Origin: Candidatus Aenigmatarchaeota archaeon
GTDB taxonomy: Archaea > Aenigmatarchaeota > Aenigmatarchaeia > CG10238-14 > SpSt-28
Assembly (NCBI GenBank): GCA_038997165.1
Contig: JAWBAK010000001.1
Coordinates: 372,595-436,594 of the forward strand
Length of the DNA: 64,000 nucleotides
Direction: 5' to 3'
Made by a program: the position numbers and the translations under genes. The first letter of the stretch is position 1. The number at the start of each line of letters is the position of its first letter. The notes under the pieces are model-generated. The model ran no database searches. It saw nothing but the letters and a program-made list of their open reading frames with translations, and had not been told where the DNA came from. Positions 28,177-37,700 of this stretch are shown one piece after another.

Positions 28177-29307
28177 ATGAAATTTAGAGAAATTCCAAAA
28201 GAATTGATTAAAAATGTATATAAATGGAAAATTCTAATAGAAAATAAAAAAGATTTTGTTGGAAGTTCTCCTCCAAGCATTTTTATTTCTTCAGTTAATT
28301 ATCCAAATGTTAATTTGGGTGTTTTGTCTTTACCTATAATAGATGAAAGAAGTTATTATTTAGATTTTCCAGAATTATGGTATAAAGATAAATTAAGTTT
28401 TGAAAAGATAATTGAATTAAGAGCAAGTTTAATATATTCTTTTAAAAATGTTAATATAAAAAAACAATTTAGTTTATCAGAAAAAATTCAAGAATTGGCA
28501 TTAGCAAAAAATGTTGTAGATTTGGAAGTTAATTTAAAAAATTATCCTAAATTTAAATTTTTGTTTAATAAATATTTTGCTCCTATTGGAAATCCTGCAA
28601 AAATAGAAAATTTAAAAATTCAAAGCAATATAAAAATTGAAAATTTTGTTGAAAAAATTGTTAATGATGAAATTAAAGCTTCTGAGGCAACATTTTTATT
28701 ATATAAAAAAGGATTGGAAATATCTAGAATTCAAAAAATTTTTTCTGCTGGATTATTGGGTATCGAAAAGAAATTTGTTCCAACTAGATGGAGCATTACA
28801 GCTATAGATAGTATTATTAGCGAGAAATTAATCAAAAAAATTAGAGATTATAAAATCTTAGATAAATTTCAAATTTTTTATAATGAATATTTAGGAAACA
28901 AATTTTGGATTGTTCTATTACCATATGTTTTTGGTTTTGAAATGATAGAGTTTATTGGAAATAAATTTTATCAAGATTATGAAATATTTTTTGAGAGAAA
29001 AAAATATGCAGAAAGTGTTGCAGGTGGTTACTATGCAGCTCGATTAGCATGTTGCGAATATTTAGAAAGAATAAAAAGGCAAGCTGCTATAATTGTTTTT
29101 AGAAAAATAGAAGAGTTTTATACAATTCCTTTAGGTGTATGGAAAGTTAGAGAATGTATAAGAGATGCTCTTAACAAAAAACCTATTGAGTTAAATTCTT
29201 TAGAAGAATTGTTAAAATATTTAAGCAATACAAATTTAAATATAGAGTTAAGTAAGATTTTAAGAATTTATACTAAACAAAAAAGAGTAATTTATTTTAA
29301 TATTTAA
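28177..29307 (+). CDS. nreA: DNA repair protein Nre (NreA family)
   Basis: GSSPPSIF, VPTRWSITAID, GGYYAARL, PLGVWKVRE, C-terminal PIP-like KQKRVIYF. Confidence 0.9.
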   Translation: MKFREIPKELIKNVYKWKILIENKKDFVGSSPPSIFISSVNYPNVNLGVLSLPIIDERSYYLDFPELWYKDKLSFEKIIELRASLIYSFKNVNIKKQFSLSEKIQELALAKNVVDLEVNLKNYPKFKFLFNKYFAPIGNPAKIENLKIQSNIKIENFVEKIVNDEIKASEATFLLYKKGLEISRIQKIFSAGLLGIEKKFVPTRWSITAIDSIISEKLIKKIRDYKILDKFQIFYNEYLGNKFWIVLLPYVFGFEMIEFIGNKFYQDYEIFFERKKYAESVAGGYYAARLACCEYLERIKRQAAIIVFRKIEEFYTIPLGVWKVRECIRDALNKKPIELNSLEELLKYLSNTNLNIELSKILRIYTKQKRVIYFNI

Positions 29308-29327
29308 AAATATTTTAAAGGCAAATT

Positions 29328-29365
29328 ACAAAACAATTAAATGCATACCATTATGGAAATGGTTG
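29328..29365 (+). repeat. Orphan copy of the ATPase-gene 3' end; exact 38-bp direct repeat with 33455-33492
   Basis: ACAAAACAATTAAATGCATACCATTATGGAAATGGTTG occurs at both sites; near-copies end genes 1 and 2. Confidence 0.93.
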
Positions 29366-29407
29366 CTAGAAATTTAAAAGTTATTTTTTTCTGAAATTTT
29401 AATAAAC

Positions 29408-29425
29408 TTCCCTATATATAGGGAA
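29408..29425. promoter_or_regulatory. Perfect 18-bp palindrome, operator-like (half copy at about 29442)
   Basis: TTCCCTATATATAGGGAA just upstream of a TATA-like TTTATTTAAA and the ATG at 29456. Confidence 0.6.
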
Positions 29426-29455
29426 ATATTTATTTAAATCTTTCCCTATATATTT

Positions 29456-30742
29456 ATGGTAGGGGACTTAAAAAGATATTTTCTAAACAAAAAGGAAGAA
29501 ATAAAAAATTTGAAAGTTGAAAAAAGGTTAATACCTCATTCTTTTTCTATAGAGTTTATTTCTTGTATAATAGGTCCTAGAAGAGCTGGAAAAACTTATT
29601 TTTTATATGACTTAATTCTCAATAAATTACATTTGAAGGATTCCGATTATCTTTTTGTGAATTTTGAGGATTATGAAATCAAAGGAAGAAATAGAAAAGA
29701 AATTTTTAATATCATTCATTATCACAACGAAATATATGGAAAATATCCACAATATCTATTTTTTGATGAAATTCAAGCATTAGAAAATTGGCAGAGTTTT
29801 GTTTATTCACTCTATGAAAAGAAAAAGTATTTTATCTTTATTACCGGCTCTTCTTCAAAATTATCTAGTAGAGAAATTGCAACACAATTAAGGGGAAGAA
29901 CCTTTTCATTAAAAGTTCTTCCATTCAGCTTTAAGGAAATTTTATCTATTAAAAATTTTGAGTTAAACAAAAGTGTTTTTTCCTCTTACGAAGAGTCAGA
30001 AATTAAGCATATATTAAAAAATTATTTGGAGAAAGGCGGATTTCCGCAGCTATGGATAGAAAAAATTAATGAAAAAATATTTTTTGGAGATTATATAGAT
30101 GTTGTAGTTTTTAAAGATATAGTTGATAGATTTAAAATTAGGAACATAACAACAATAAAAATGTTAATTTCTTCTTGTATTTCATCTTTTTCAAAAGAGT
30201 TTTCAATCAAAAAAGTATATAATACTTTAAAGAGTATGGGAATTAAAATTAGTAAAAATTCTTTATATTCTTATTCTTCTATGTTAAGAGAAGTAATGTT
30301 TTGTTTTAACGTTTATAAATTTAGTTATTCTGAAAGGGAAATTTTGGGTTCAATTCCAAAGATATATATCTGCGATGTTGGTATTCCAAATTTTTATTTA
30401 TCCTCAAAAATAGATGAAAATATAGGCAGAATAATGGAAAATGTTGTTTTTTTGGAATTATATAGAAATGAAAATATTGATATTTTTTATTGGAAAGATT
30501 ATCAACAAAACGAAGTAGATTTTGTAATTAAAGAAGGATTAAATATTAAACAATTAATTCAAGTAACTTATGCATCTAATAAAGATGAAATTGAAAAAAG
30601 AGAAATAAAAGCATTAATTAAAGCAAGTGAATTGCTTAAATGCAAAGACTTATTAATAATTACTTGGGATTATGAAGATGAAATAAATTTTGAAAACAAA
30701 AAAATTAAATGCATTCCATTGTGGAAATGGTTGTTATTTTAG
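29456..30742 (+). CDS. AAA_14 + DUF4143-type ATPase, paralog 1
   Basis: GPRRAGKT, FFDEIQ, TGSSS, LRGR, GGFP, ENVV, EVDFV, IQV, PLWKWLL. Confidence 0.92.
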   Translation: MVGDLKRYFLNKKEEIKNLKVEKRLIPHSFSIEFISCIIGPRRAGKTYFLYDLILNKLHLKDSDYLFVNFEDYEIKGRNRKEIFNIIHYHNEIYGKYPQYLFFDEIQALENWQSFVYSLYEKKKYFIFITGSSSKLSSREIATQLRGRTFSLKVLPFSFKEILSIKNFELNKSVFSSYEESEIKHILKNYLEKGGFPQLWIEKINEKIFFGDYIDVVVFKDIVDRFKIRNITTIKMLISSCISSFSKEFSIKKVYNTLKSMGIKISKNSLYSYSSMLREVMFCFNVYKFSYSEREILGSIPKIYICDVGIPNFYLSSKIDENIGRIMENVVFLELYRNENIDIFYWKDYQQNEVDFVIKEGLNIKQLIQVTYASNKDEIEKREIKALIKASELLKCKDLLIITWDYEDEINFENKKIKCIPLWKWLLF

Positions 30743-30834
30743 CAATATAACTACAAGCCTTTTAAAATGTTCGTGATTATTAAAGTTTCATATTATGGGT
30801 AAACTTTTTAAATAATCTTTCCTAAATATATGAT

Positions 30835-32112
30835 ATGTTTGAGAAAGATTTTGTGCTTCAATATTTTGATAGAATTATTGAGAAAATTAAAGTCGAAAGA
30901 ATTTTTGAAAGAGAGTTAAAAGTAGATTTTCTTAAAAATAAGGCTATAGCAATAATTGGACCAAGAAGAGCTGGAAAAACTTATTTTTTACTTAATATTT
31001 TAAAAAATAATAAAAATGCTTTATACGTTGATTTAGAGCATTCTGCCTTCAAAGAAATTACACATAAAGAATTTTTTGAAATAATATCGATTTTTGAAGA
31101 ATATTTTAAAACTAGAGTTGAAAAAGTGATTATCGATGAAATACAAAATTTAAATAACTGGGAAAGTTTAGTTAGGAGTTTGCTTGATAGCGGATATTAT
31201 TTGATGATTTCAGGTTCTTCTTCAAAATTGTTAAGTAAAGAAGTTTCGACTCAATTAAGGGGAAGAAGCTTAAGTTATGTTTTATTGCCCTTAAGTTTTA
31301 GAGAGTATCTTAAATTTAAAAATATAGAAAGAAAAAAACTTATATCAATTTCTGAAAAAGTGAAGATAATTAAACTTTTAGAAGAGTTCCTAGAATGGGG
31401 TAGTTATCCAGAAATATTGGTTTATCCAGAAAAAAAGGAAAAAATTTTAAAAGAATACTTTGATACAATTTTTCAAAAAGATTTTATAGAAAGATTTGAA
31501 ATAGTTCATACTTATATTGCAAAATTACTCTTCGAATTTGTTATTCAAAACTTTTCAAAAGAAATAAGTTTAAACAAAATAGCTAATTTTATTTCTTCAA
31601 AAATAGGAAGAAATATTAAAAATATTGTTTATGATTATGCGGAAAAATTACCAGAAAGTTTAAGCGTATTTTTTGTAGAAAAACTTAGTAAAAGCATTTA
31701 TGAAAGAAAATCTTTAGGAAGAAAAATTTATGTTTGTGATTTGGGTTTAGTGTCGATGTTAAGCATGGAAAAAAATATAGGAAGAAGAATGGAAAACGCT
31801 GTTTTTCTTGAATTATTAAGAAACACTAATTTTAATCCCTTACAAGAAATCTATTATTTCAAAGATTATCAACAAAACGAAGTAGATTTTGTAATTAAAG
31901 AAGGATTAAATATTAAACAGTTAATTCAAGTAACTTATGCATCTAATAAAGATGAAATTGAAAAAAGAGAAATAAAAGCATTAATTAAAGCTTCAGAGCA
32001 ATTAAAATGCAAAGACTTATTAATAATTACTTGGGATTATGAAGATGAAATAAATTTTGAAAACAAAAAAATTAAATGCATACCATTATGGAAATGGTTA
32101 TTAAGAATTTAA
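30835..32112 (+). CDS. AAA_14 + DUF4143-type ATPase, paralog 2
   Basis: GPRRAGKT, IIDEIQ, SGSSS, GSYPE, ENAV, EVDFV. Confidence 0.92.
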   Translation: MFEKDFVLQYFDRIIEKIKVERIFERELKVDFLKNKAIAIIGPRRAGKTYFLLNILKNNKNALYVDLEHSAFKEITHKEFFEIISIFEEYFKTRVEKVIIDEIQNLNNWESLVRSLLDSGYYLMISGSSSKLLSKEVSTQLRGRSLSYVLLPLSFREYLKFKNIERKKLISISEKVKIIKLLEEFLEWGSYPEILVYPEKKEKILKEYFDTIFQKDFIERFEIVHTYIAKLLFEFVIQNFSKEISLNKIANFISSKIGRNIKNIVYDYAEKLPESLSVFFVEKLSKSIYERKSLGRKIYVCDLGLVSMLSMEKNIGRRMENAVFLELLRNTNFNPLQEIYYFKDYQQNEVDFVIKEGLNIKQLIQVTYASNKDEIEKREIKALIKASEQLKCKDLLIITWDYEDEINFENKKIKCIPLWKWLLRI

Positions 32113-32130
32113 AAGCTATATAATTTAGAA

Positions 32131-32180
32131 TATGTCACAAGTGACGTAAAATATTAATTTTTTATGTCATAAATGATATA
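32131..32180. promoter_or_regulatory. Pair of operator-like palindromes TATGTCA-N4-TGAYRTA (32131-32148 and 32163-32180)
   Basis: TATGTCACAAGTGACGTA and TATGTCATAAATGATATA, 32 bp apart, flanking an AT-rich TATA-like stretch. Confidence 0.6.
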
Positions 32181-33501
32181 TATGAAGAAAGAGGAAATAA
32201 TAAGTGTATTATCTTCGGTTAATTTTTGGGGAAGAGAAGATATAGATGTAGGAATAGAGAGAAAATTTTATAATTCTCAAATATTAAATTTTTTAAAAGG
32301 TGTTGAAAAAGTAATAACAATAACAGGAGTTAGAAGGAGTGGAAAGAGTTATATATTAAAGCAAATTGGAAAAAAGTTATCAGAAAAGTTTGGAAAAGAA
32401 AACGTTCTTTATGTTAATTTCGAAGAAGTTAAATTTTTTGAGGAGCTAAGCTTATCTTTTTTAATAAAAATATACGATGCTTTTAAAGAAATTGTGAGAC
32501 CAAAAACAAAACCTTTTTTAATTTTGGATGAAATTCAAGAGGTTCCAAAATGGGAAAAGTTTGTTAGAAGCTTGCATGAAAAAAAAGAAGCTTTTCTTAT
32601 AATTTCTGGCTCTTCTTCAAAGCTTTTTAGTGAAGAACTTGCTACTTTATTAGCTGGTAGAGAATTAGAAATAGAGGTATTTCCATTGGATTTTAAAGAG
32701 TTTCTCCAGTTTAAAAATTTTGAAATAGAAAAAGAAATAGATTTAATTATAAAAAAAGAAAAAATTATAAGATTTCTCAGAGAATTTTTAGAATTTGGTG
32801 GCTTTCCAGAGGTTGTTTTAGAAGAAAATGAAAACAAGAAAATTGGTATTATTAGAAAATATTTTGATACAATAGTATTAAAAGATGTTTTAAGAAGGTT
32901 TAAATTAAGAGAAAGTTATAAGTTAGAAGCGCTCTGTAATTATTACGTTTCAAACTTTTCAAACTTAATAACTTTTAATTCTGTTGCAAGATTTCTTAAA
33001 ATTTCTGAAAAGACTACTGAAAGATTTTCAAAGTATTTGCAAATTGCAAGAATTATATTTTTTGTTGAAAGATTTTCATATTCATTTAAATCAAGATATA
33101 AATCTGCTAGGAAAGTTTATGTTATAGATACTTCTTTTTCAAATTTATTAGGAATAAGGTTTTCAGAAAATATAGGTAGACTTATGGAAAATTTGGTTGC
33201 TATAGAACTATTAAGAAGATCGAAGAGAAGTTTAAAAGAAAATTTCTTTTATTTAAAAATTAATGATAGCGAGGTTGATTTTGTTATTAAAGAAGGCTTA
33301 AATATTAAGCAATTAATTCAAGTAACTTATGCATCAAATAAAGATGAAATTGAAAAAAGAGAAATAAAAGCATTATTAAAAGCAAGTGAATTATTAAAAT
33401 GCAAAGATTTATTAATAATTACTTGGGATTATGAGGATGAGATAAATTTTGAAAACAAAACAATTAAATGCATACCATTATGGAAATGGTTGTTAAGTTA
33501 A
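32173..33501 (+). CDS. AAA_14 + DUF4143-type ATPase, paralog 3
   Basis: GVRRSGKS, ILDEIQ, SGSSS, GGFPE, ENLV, EVDFV. Confidence 0.92.
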   Translation: MIYMKKEEIISVLSSVNFWGREDIDVGIERKFYNSQILNFLKGVEKVITITGVRRSGKSYILKQIGKKLSEKFGKENVLYVNFEEVKFFEELSLSFLIKIYDAFKEIVRPKTKPFLILDEIQEVPKWEKFVRSLHEKKEAFLIISGSSSKLFSEELATLLAGRELEIEVFPLDFKEFLQFKNFEIEKEIDLIIKKEKIIRFLREFLEFGGFPEVVLEENENKKIGIIRKYFDTIVLKDVLRRFKLRESYKLEALCNYYVSNFSNLITFNSVARFLKISEKTTERFSKYLQIARIIFFVERFSYSFKSRYKSARKVYVIDTSFSNLLGIRFSENIGRLMENLVAIELLRRSKRSLKENFFYLKINDSEVDFVIKEGLNIKQLIQVTYASNKDEIEKREIKALLKASELLKCKDLLIITWDYEDEINFENKTIKCIPLWKWLLS

Positions 33502-33505
33502 TTTT

Positions 33506-34264
33506 TTAAAATTTTTTTGAAAATATGTTTTGAAATATGTTTAAAAATTTTTTTAAAGTATTTTCTTTTTTTATTTCTATTCCAGCAATTTTTGAGATTA
33601 TAGAATTTATTTGATCTCTAAAATTTTTATCTAAGTTATATAGCATTTCTCTTCTTAAATCTGCATATTTTGCTTTTTTGCTTTCTTCAATTATTGATAA
33701 AATATTTGTATTAATTAAATTTTGAAAATCTTTTAGACTTAGCGGAGAATCTTTTTCGTATCTATTAATTATTATTCCTAAAACTTTTTTATTAAGTTTA
33801 TTTGCTAATTGAAAGCATTTTATTGAATCGAAAAGAGATGAAATTGTCGGGTTTGAAACAATAATTATTTCTTCGCTAAATTTTATAGCTGTTATAGCTT
33901 CTCTTCCAAATCCTGGTGCAGAATCTAATAAAACAAAATCAAAAAAGTTTAAATTTTCTTTTAATTTTTCTAAATTTTCTAATTTTAAGGAAGTTATTTC
34001 TTCTAAGTTTAAAGATGGAGAAATGTAGAAAAAGTTAAAAGTTGGATTTAATATTTCATAAAAGTCTGCTTCTTCGCTTAAGAATTCGTTTAAAGTAAAT
34101 TTTGGTTTTGAAGTTAAAAAAAGAGAAATGTGTGGAGTTGTAAAATTAAAATCTATTAATAAAGTTTTAAAACCAAAATTCGATAATGCATAAGATAAAT
34201 TTAAAGAAATTAATGTTTTTCCAACTCCTCCTTTTCCGCTTATTAATGAAATAATTCTTACCAT
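33506..34264 (-). CDS. minD: MinD/ParA-family ATPase
   Basis: SGKGGVGKT, LIDFN, LDSAPG, IIINR. Confidence 0.85.
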   Translation of the reverse strand: MVRIISLISGKGGVGKTLISLNLSYALSNFGFKTLLIDFNFTTPHISLFLTSKPKFTLNEFLSEEADFYEILNPTFNFFYISPSLNLEEITSLKLENLEKLKENLNFFDFVLLDSAPGFGREAITAIKFSEEIIIVSNPTISSLFDSIKCFQLANKLNKKVLGIIINRYEKDSPLSLKDFQNLINTNILSIIEESKKAKYADLRREMLYNLDKNFRDQINSIISKIAGIEIKKENTLKKFLNIFQNIFSKKF

Positions 34265-34545
34265 TTCTCTAATAGTCTAAAATATTTTTTCTTATTTTTT
34301 CTATAGAAAGTTATTTTTCCCTCTCTAAACAATTCGCTTAAATATTCGGAGGCTCTTTGAATCGATAAATTAAGTGCTTTTGCAACATCTTGTAAAGTTA
34401 GCTCCTTATTTTTTTGAAATAGTTCTATAATAAATTCTTTATTTTTTTCTTTTCTAGTTTTTTTAATTTCATAACTTCTTTCTTCTTTTTTTAATAAAGT
34501 TTGAATAAAAATTAGTTTATTATCTATTTCTTTTCTTTCTTCCAT
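34258..34545 (-). CDS. Small winged-HTH DNA-binding protein
   Basis: LTLQDVAKALNLSIQRASEYLSELFREGKI. Confidence 0.8.
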   Translation of the reverse strand: MEERKEIDNKLIFIQTLLKKEERSYEIKKTRKEKNKEFIIELFQKNKELTLQDVAKALNLSIQRASEYLSELFREGKITFYRKNKKKYFRLLEKW

Positions 34546-34719
34546 AAAAATACTTTTATTTTAAATTTATTTTTTCGATTTTCGAAGTTTATATAATTTT
34601 CGAAATTATTTTATTTGTTTTTGTTTTTTCTTAGTTTTTTAAATGAAATTATAGTGTTATTTATACTTGTTAACAATAATTGTTAAATCTATATATTAAT
34701 CGAAAATTGTAATATTAAA

Positions 34720-37700
34720 ATGAAAAGTTTAATTAATAAATTATTTTTTGTAGTTTTTTTAATTTTATTTATTTCTATTTCTTCAGATGTTATAATTGAA
34801 ATACCTCCTTTTTCTAATAGAAGTGTTCAGGCAAACGTTAGTTCTCAGCTATTTAATTTTACTATTAATAATACTGAAGAAAATTCTATAATTCAAGTTA
34901 ACATAACTTTACCTAATGGCTTTAATTATGTTTCGGATTCTGCAAATACTAATGCTTTGTTTGAAAGTTTTGAAGTTTATGAAAATACTTTAAGCTGGTA
35001 TAATTCTTCTGGATTAATTCTTGCTTTTGAAAATAGAAGTTTTTGGTTTAATAGTAGCGTTTCTGATATAGGAATTTATAATTTTACAATTAGTTTACTT
35101 TATTCTAACGGAAGCATTGAAATTAGGGAAGAAAGTGTTTATGTAAGAAAAGTTTTTGTTGAAGTAGATTTGGATAAATATCTTATTAATATTGGAGAAA
35201 ATATTACTATTTTTGGTAAATTGTATGATGAAAATAAAAATCCAATAGAAGGTGCTGAAATATATTTTTGGATTGATGAAATTTTTATCGGAAATAGTAT
35301 TACTTCTTTTAATGGTGATTTTTCTTATGTATTTAATTCCTCTATTTTAAATTTATTAAATAATAGATATGAAATAAAAGTTAATGGAACATATAATTAC
35401 TTTTATTTTGAAAATTTTACATATTTCAATACATCTACTAACATTACTATTCCTGGATATTATATTTTGGGTAACGATATAATTAATTCTTTATCTTTAG
35501 TAGGAATAAATATATCTGCTCCTAATGTTATATTGGATTGTAATGGAAAAAGAATTGATGGAAATTTTAGTGTTAATGATATTTCATCTAAAAATTTATA
35601 TGGAATTTTTGTTGATAACTTTAATGTTACTATAAGAAACTGTATAATTTCTAGATGGCAAACGGGAATATTTTTATCTTCTAGAGCTAATAATTGTATA
35701 ATCGAAAATAATACTATAAATAATATTTTTGGATCATCTAATGGTGGAAACGCTATTGGTATTATGATTTTATCTAATGGAAATATAATTACAAATAATT
35801 CAATATTTAATTTAACAGGAGGAACAGGAGGAACAGGTGGATATCAAGGTTCAGGTGGTTCAGGCGGCATTTCAACAGGAGTATATCTTTTAAATTCTTT
35901 CAACAATACATTTTTTTCAAACTCAATATTTAATTTAACAGGAGGAACAGGAGGAACAGGTGGATATGAAGGTTCAGGTGGTTCAGGCGGCATTTCAACA
36001 GGAATATATCTTTTAAATTCTTTCAATAATACATTTTATTCAAACTCAATATTTAATTTAACAGGAGGAACAGGAGGAACACGTGGAACAGGTGGATTCT
36101 ATGGTTCAGGTGGTTCAGGCGGTATTTCAACAGGAATATGGATAGGAGATTCAATATCATTAAACAACGAAATAACTCCAACTATTGATAATAATGTTGA
36201 TATATCAAAACTTAATTATTTTAATANNNNNNNNNNNNNNNNNNNNNNNNNNNNNNNNNNNNNNNNNNNNNNNNNNNNNNNNNNNNNNNNNNNNNNNNNN
36301 NNNNNNNNNNNNNNNNNNNNNNAGGTGGATATCGAGGTTCAGGTGGTTCAGGCGGCATTTCAACAGGAATATATCTTTTAAATTCTTTCAACAATACATT
36401 TTTTTCAAACTCAATATTTAATTTAACAGGAGGAACAGGAGGAACAGGTGGATACTATGGTTCAGGTGGTTCAGGCGGTATTTCAACAGGAATATATCTT
36501 TTAAATTCTTTCAACAATACATTTTTTTCAAACTCAATATTTAATTTAACAGGTGGAACAGGAGGAACACGTGGAACAGGTGGATTCTATGGTTCAGGCG
36601 GCATTTCAACAGGAATATATCTTTTAAATTCTTTCAATAATACATTTTTTTCAAACTCAATATTTATCTCTAATTTTTCTTTTTCAATCTACAATTCTTC
36701 AAATAATTTAATATATAATAATCTTTTAAGGAGTAGAAATATAGTACAATTTATTTCTCCAATTTTCCGAAACTTTTGGAATATAAGCAAAACCCTAATT
36801 GAAAATAAAAATATCGTAGAAGGAGACTATTTGGGTGGTAATGCTTATTTGGGTTTAATTGAAAATTATTCTTCTACCTGTATTGATGAGGATGAAGATT
36901 ATATTTGCGATTATCCATACGATTTAATAAATAGAAGATTTTGTGTAATTGGGGTTAATTGTTCGAATAATACGGATTTTCTTCCACTAAGGCCTAGAAT
37001 AGCTATTATAACCTATGAAGAAAATTTCCCAACTCTAAAGTATTTTTTAAATAAGAACACAACTCATATAATAAGATTTTCTGTAGAAAGTGTTATTGAA
37101 GATATTTTAAAAGTAGAAGTAAATTTACCTAATGAATTTGTTTTTATATCAGAATCTAATAGAACCTCAGCTGCTAATTCTATATTTTATAATATTTCTA
37201 ATAAACTGATATGGGAAAATAGTACACAATTACCATTAGTTCCTATAGGAAGGAAAGAGAGTTTTGAGTTTAGTATTATAACTCCATCTATTTTAGGAGA
37301 ATATTCTTTACTAATTACTGTATATTCTTCACAAGGATCATATATTAATCTATCTGTTCCTTTATATGTTAAAACAATTGCAATAAATTTCTCTATTGAC
37401 AAATATGTTTCTAATATTAACGATACAATAAAAATTTTTGGAAATCTTTTGTTATTACCAGATAATATACCTATAAATAATACAAAAGTTGTAATAAGTA
37501 TAGATGAGGAAATTATAAGTGATACATGTTTTTCAGATGAAAGTGGTATATTTGATTGCTATATAGAAATTTTTGATAAACCATTAGGTATACATAAAAT
37601 AAAAATAAATACAACAAACTATCAAGGAATTTATGGAGAAAACGAAACTTTTATAGAAATTAGAAATTTAACATTCTTTGATTTAGCTTTACTTGATTCT

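Noticed and set aside
29328..33501. CRISPR array, or a classical integron or prophage, as an explanation for the repeats
   Set aside because: Spacing is ~1.4 kb with whole genes between repeats; no cas, integrase or attC-like hairpins seen
35797..36664. Diversity-generating retroelement acting on the Gly-rich repeats
   Set aside because: Variation is not adenine-specific, and no reverse transcriptase or template repeat is present in the window
34720..36830. Treating 34720-36381 and 36831-46160 as two genes
   Set aside because: The apparent stop and frameshift come from the arbitrary N-gap length; the post-gap frame is open from 36324 and continues the same repeats
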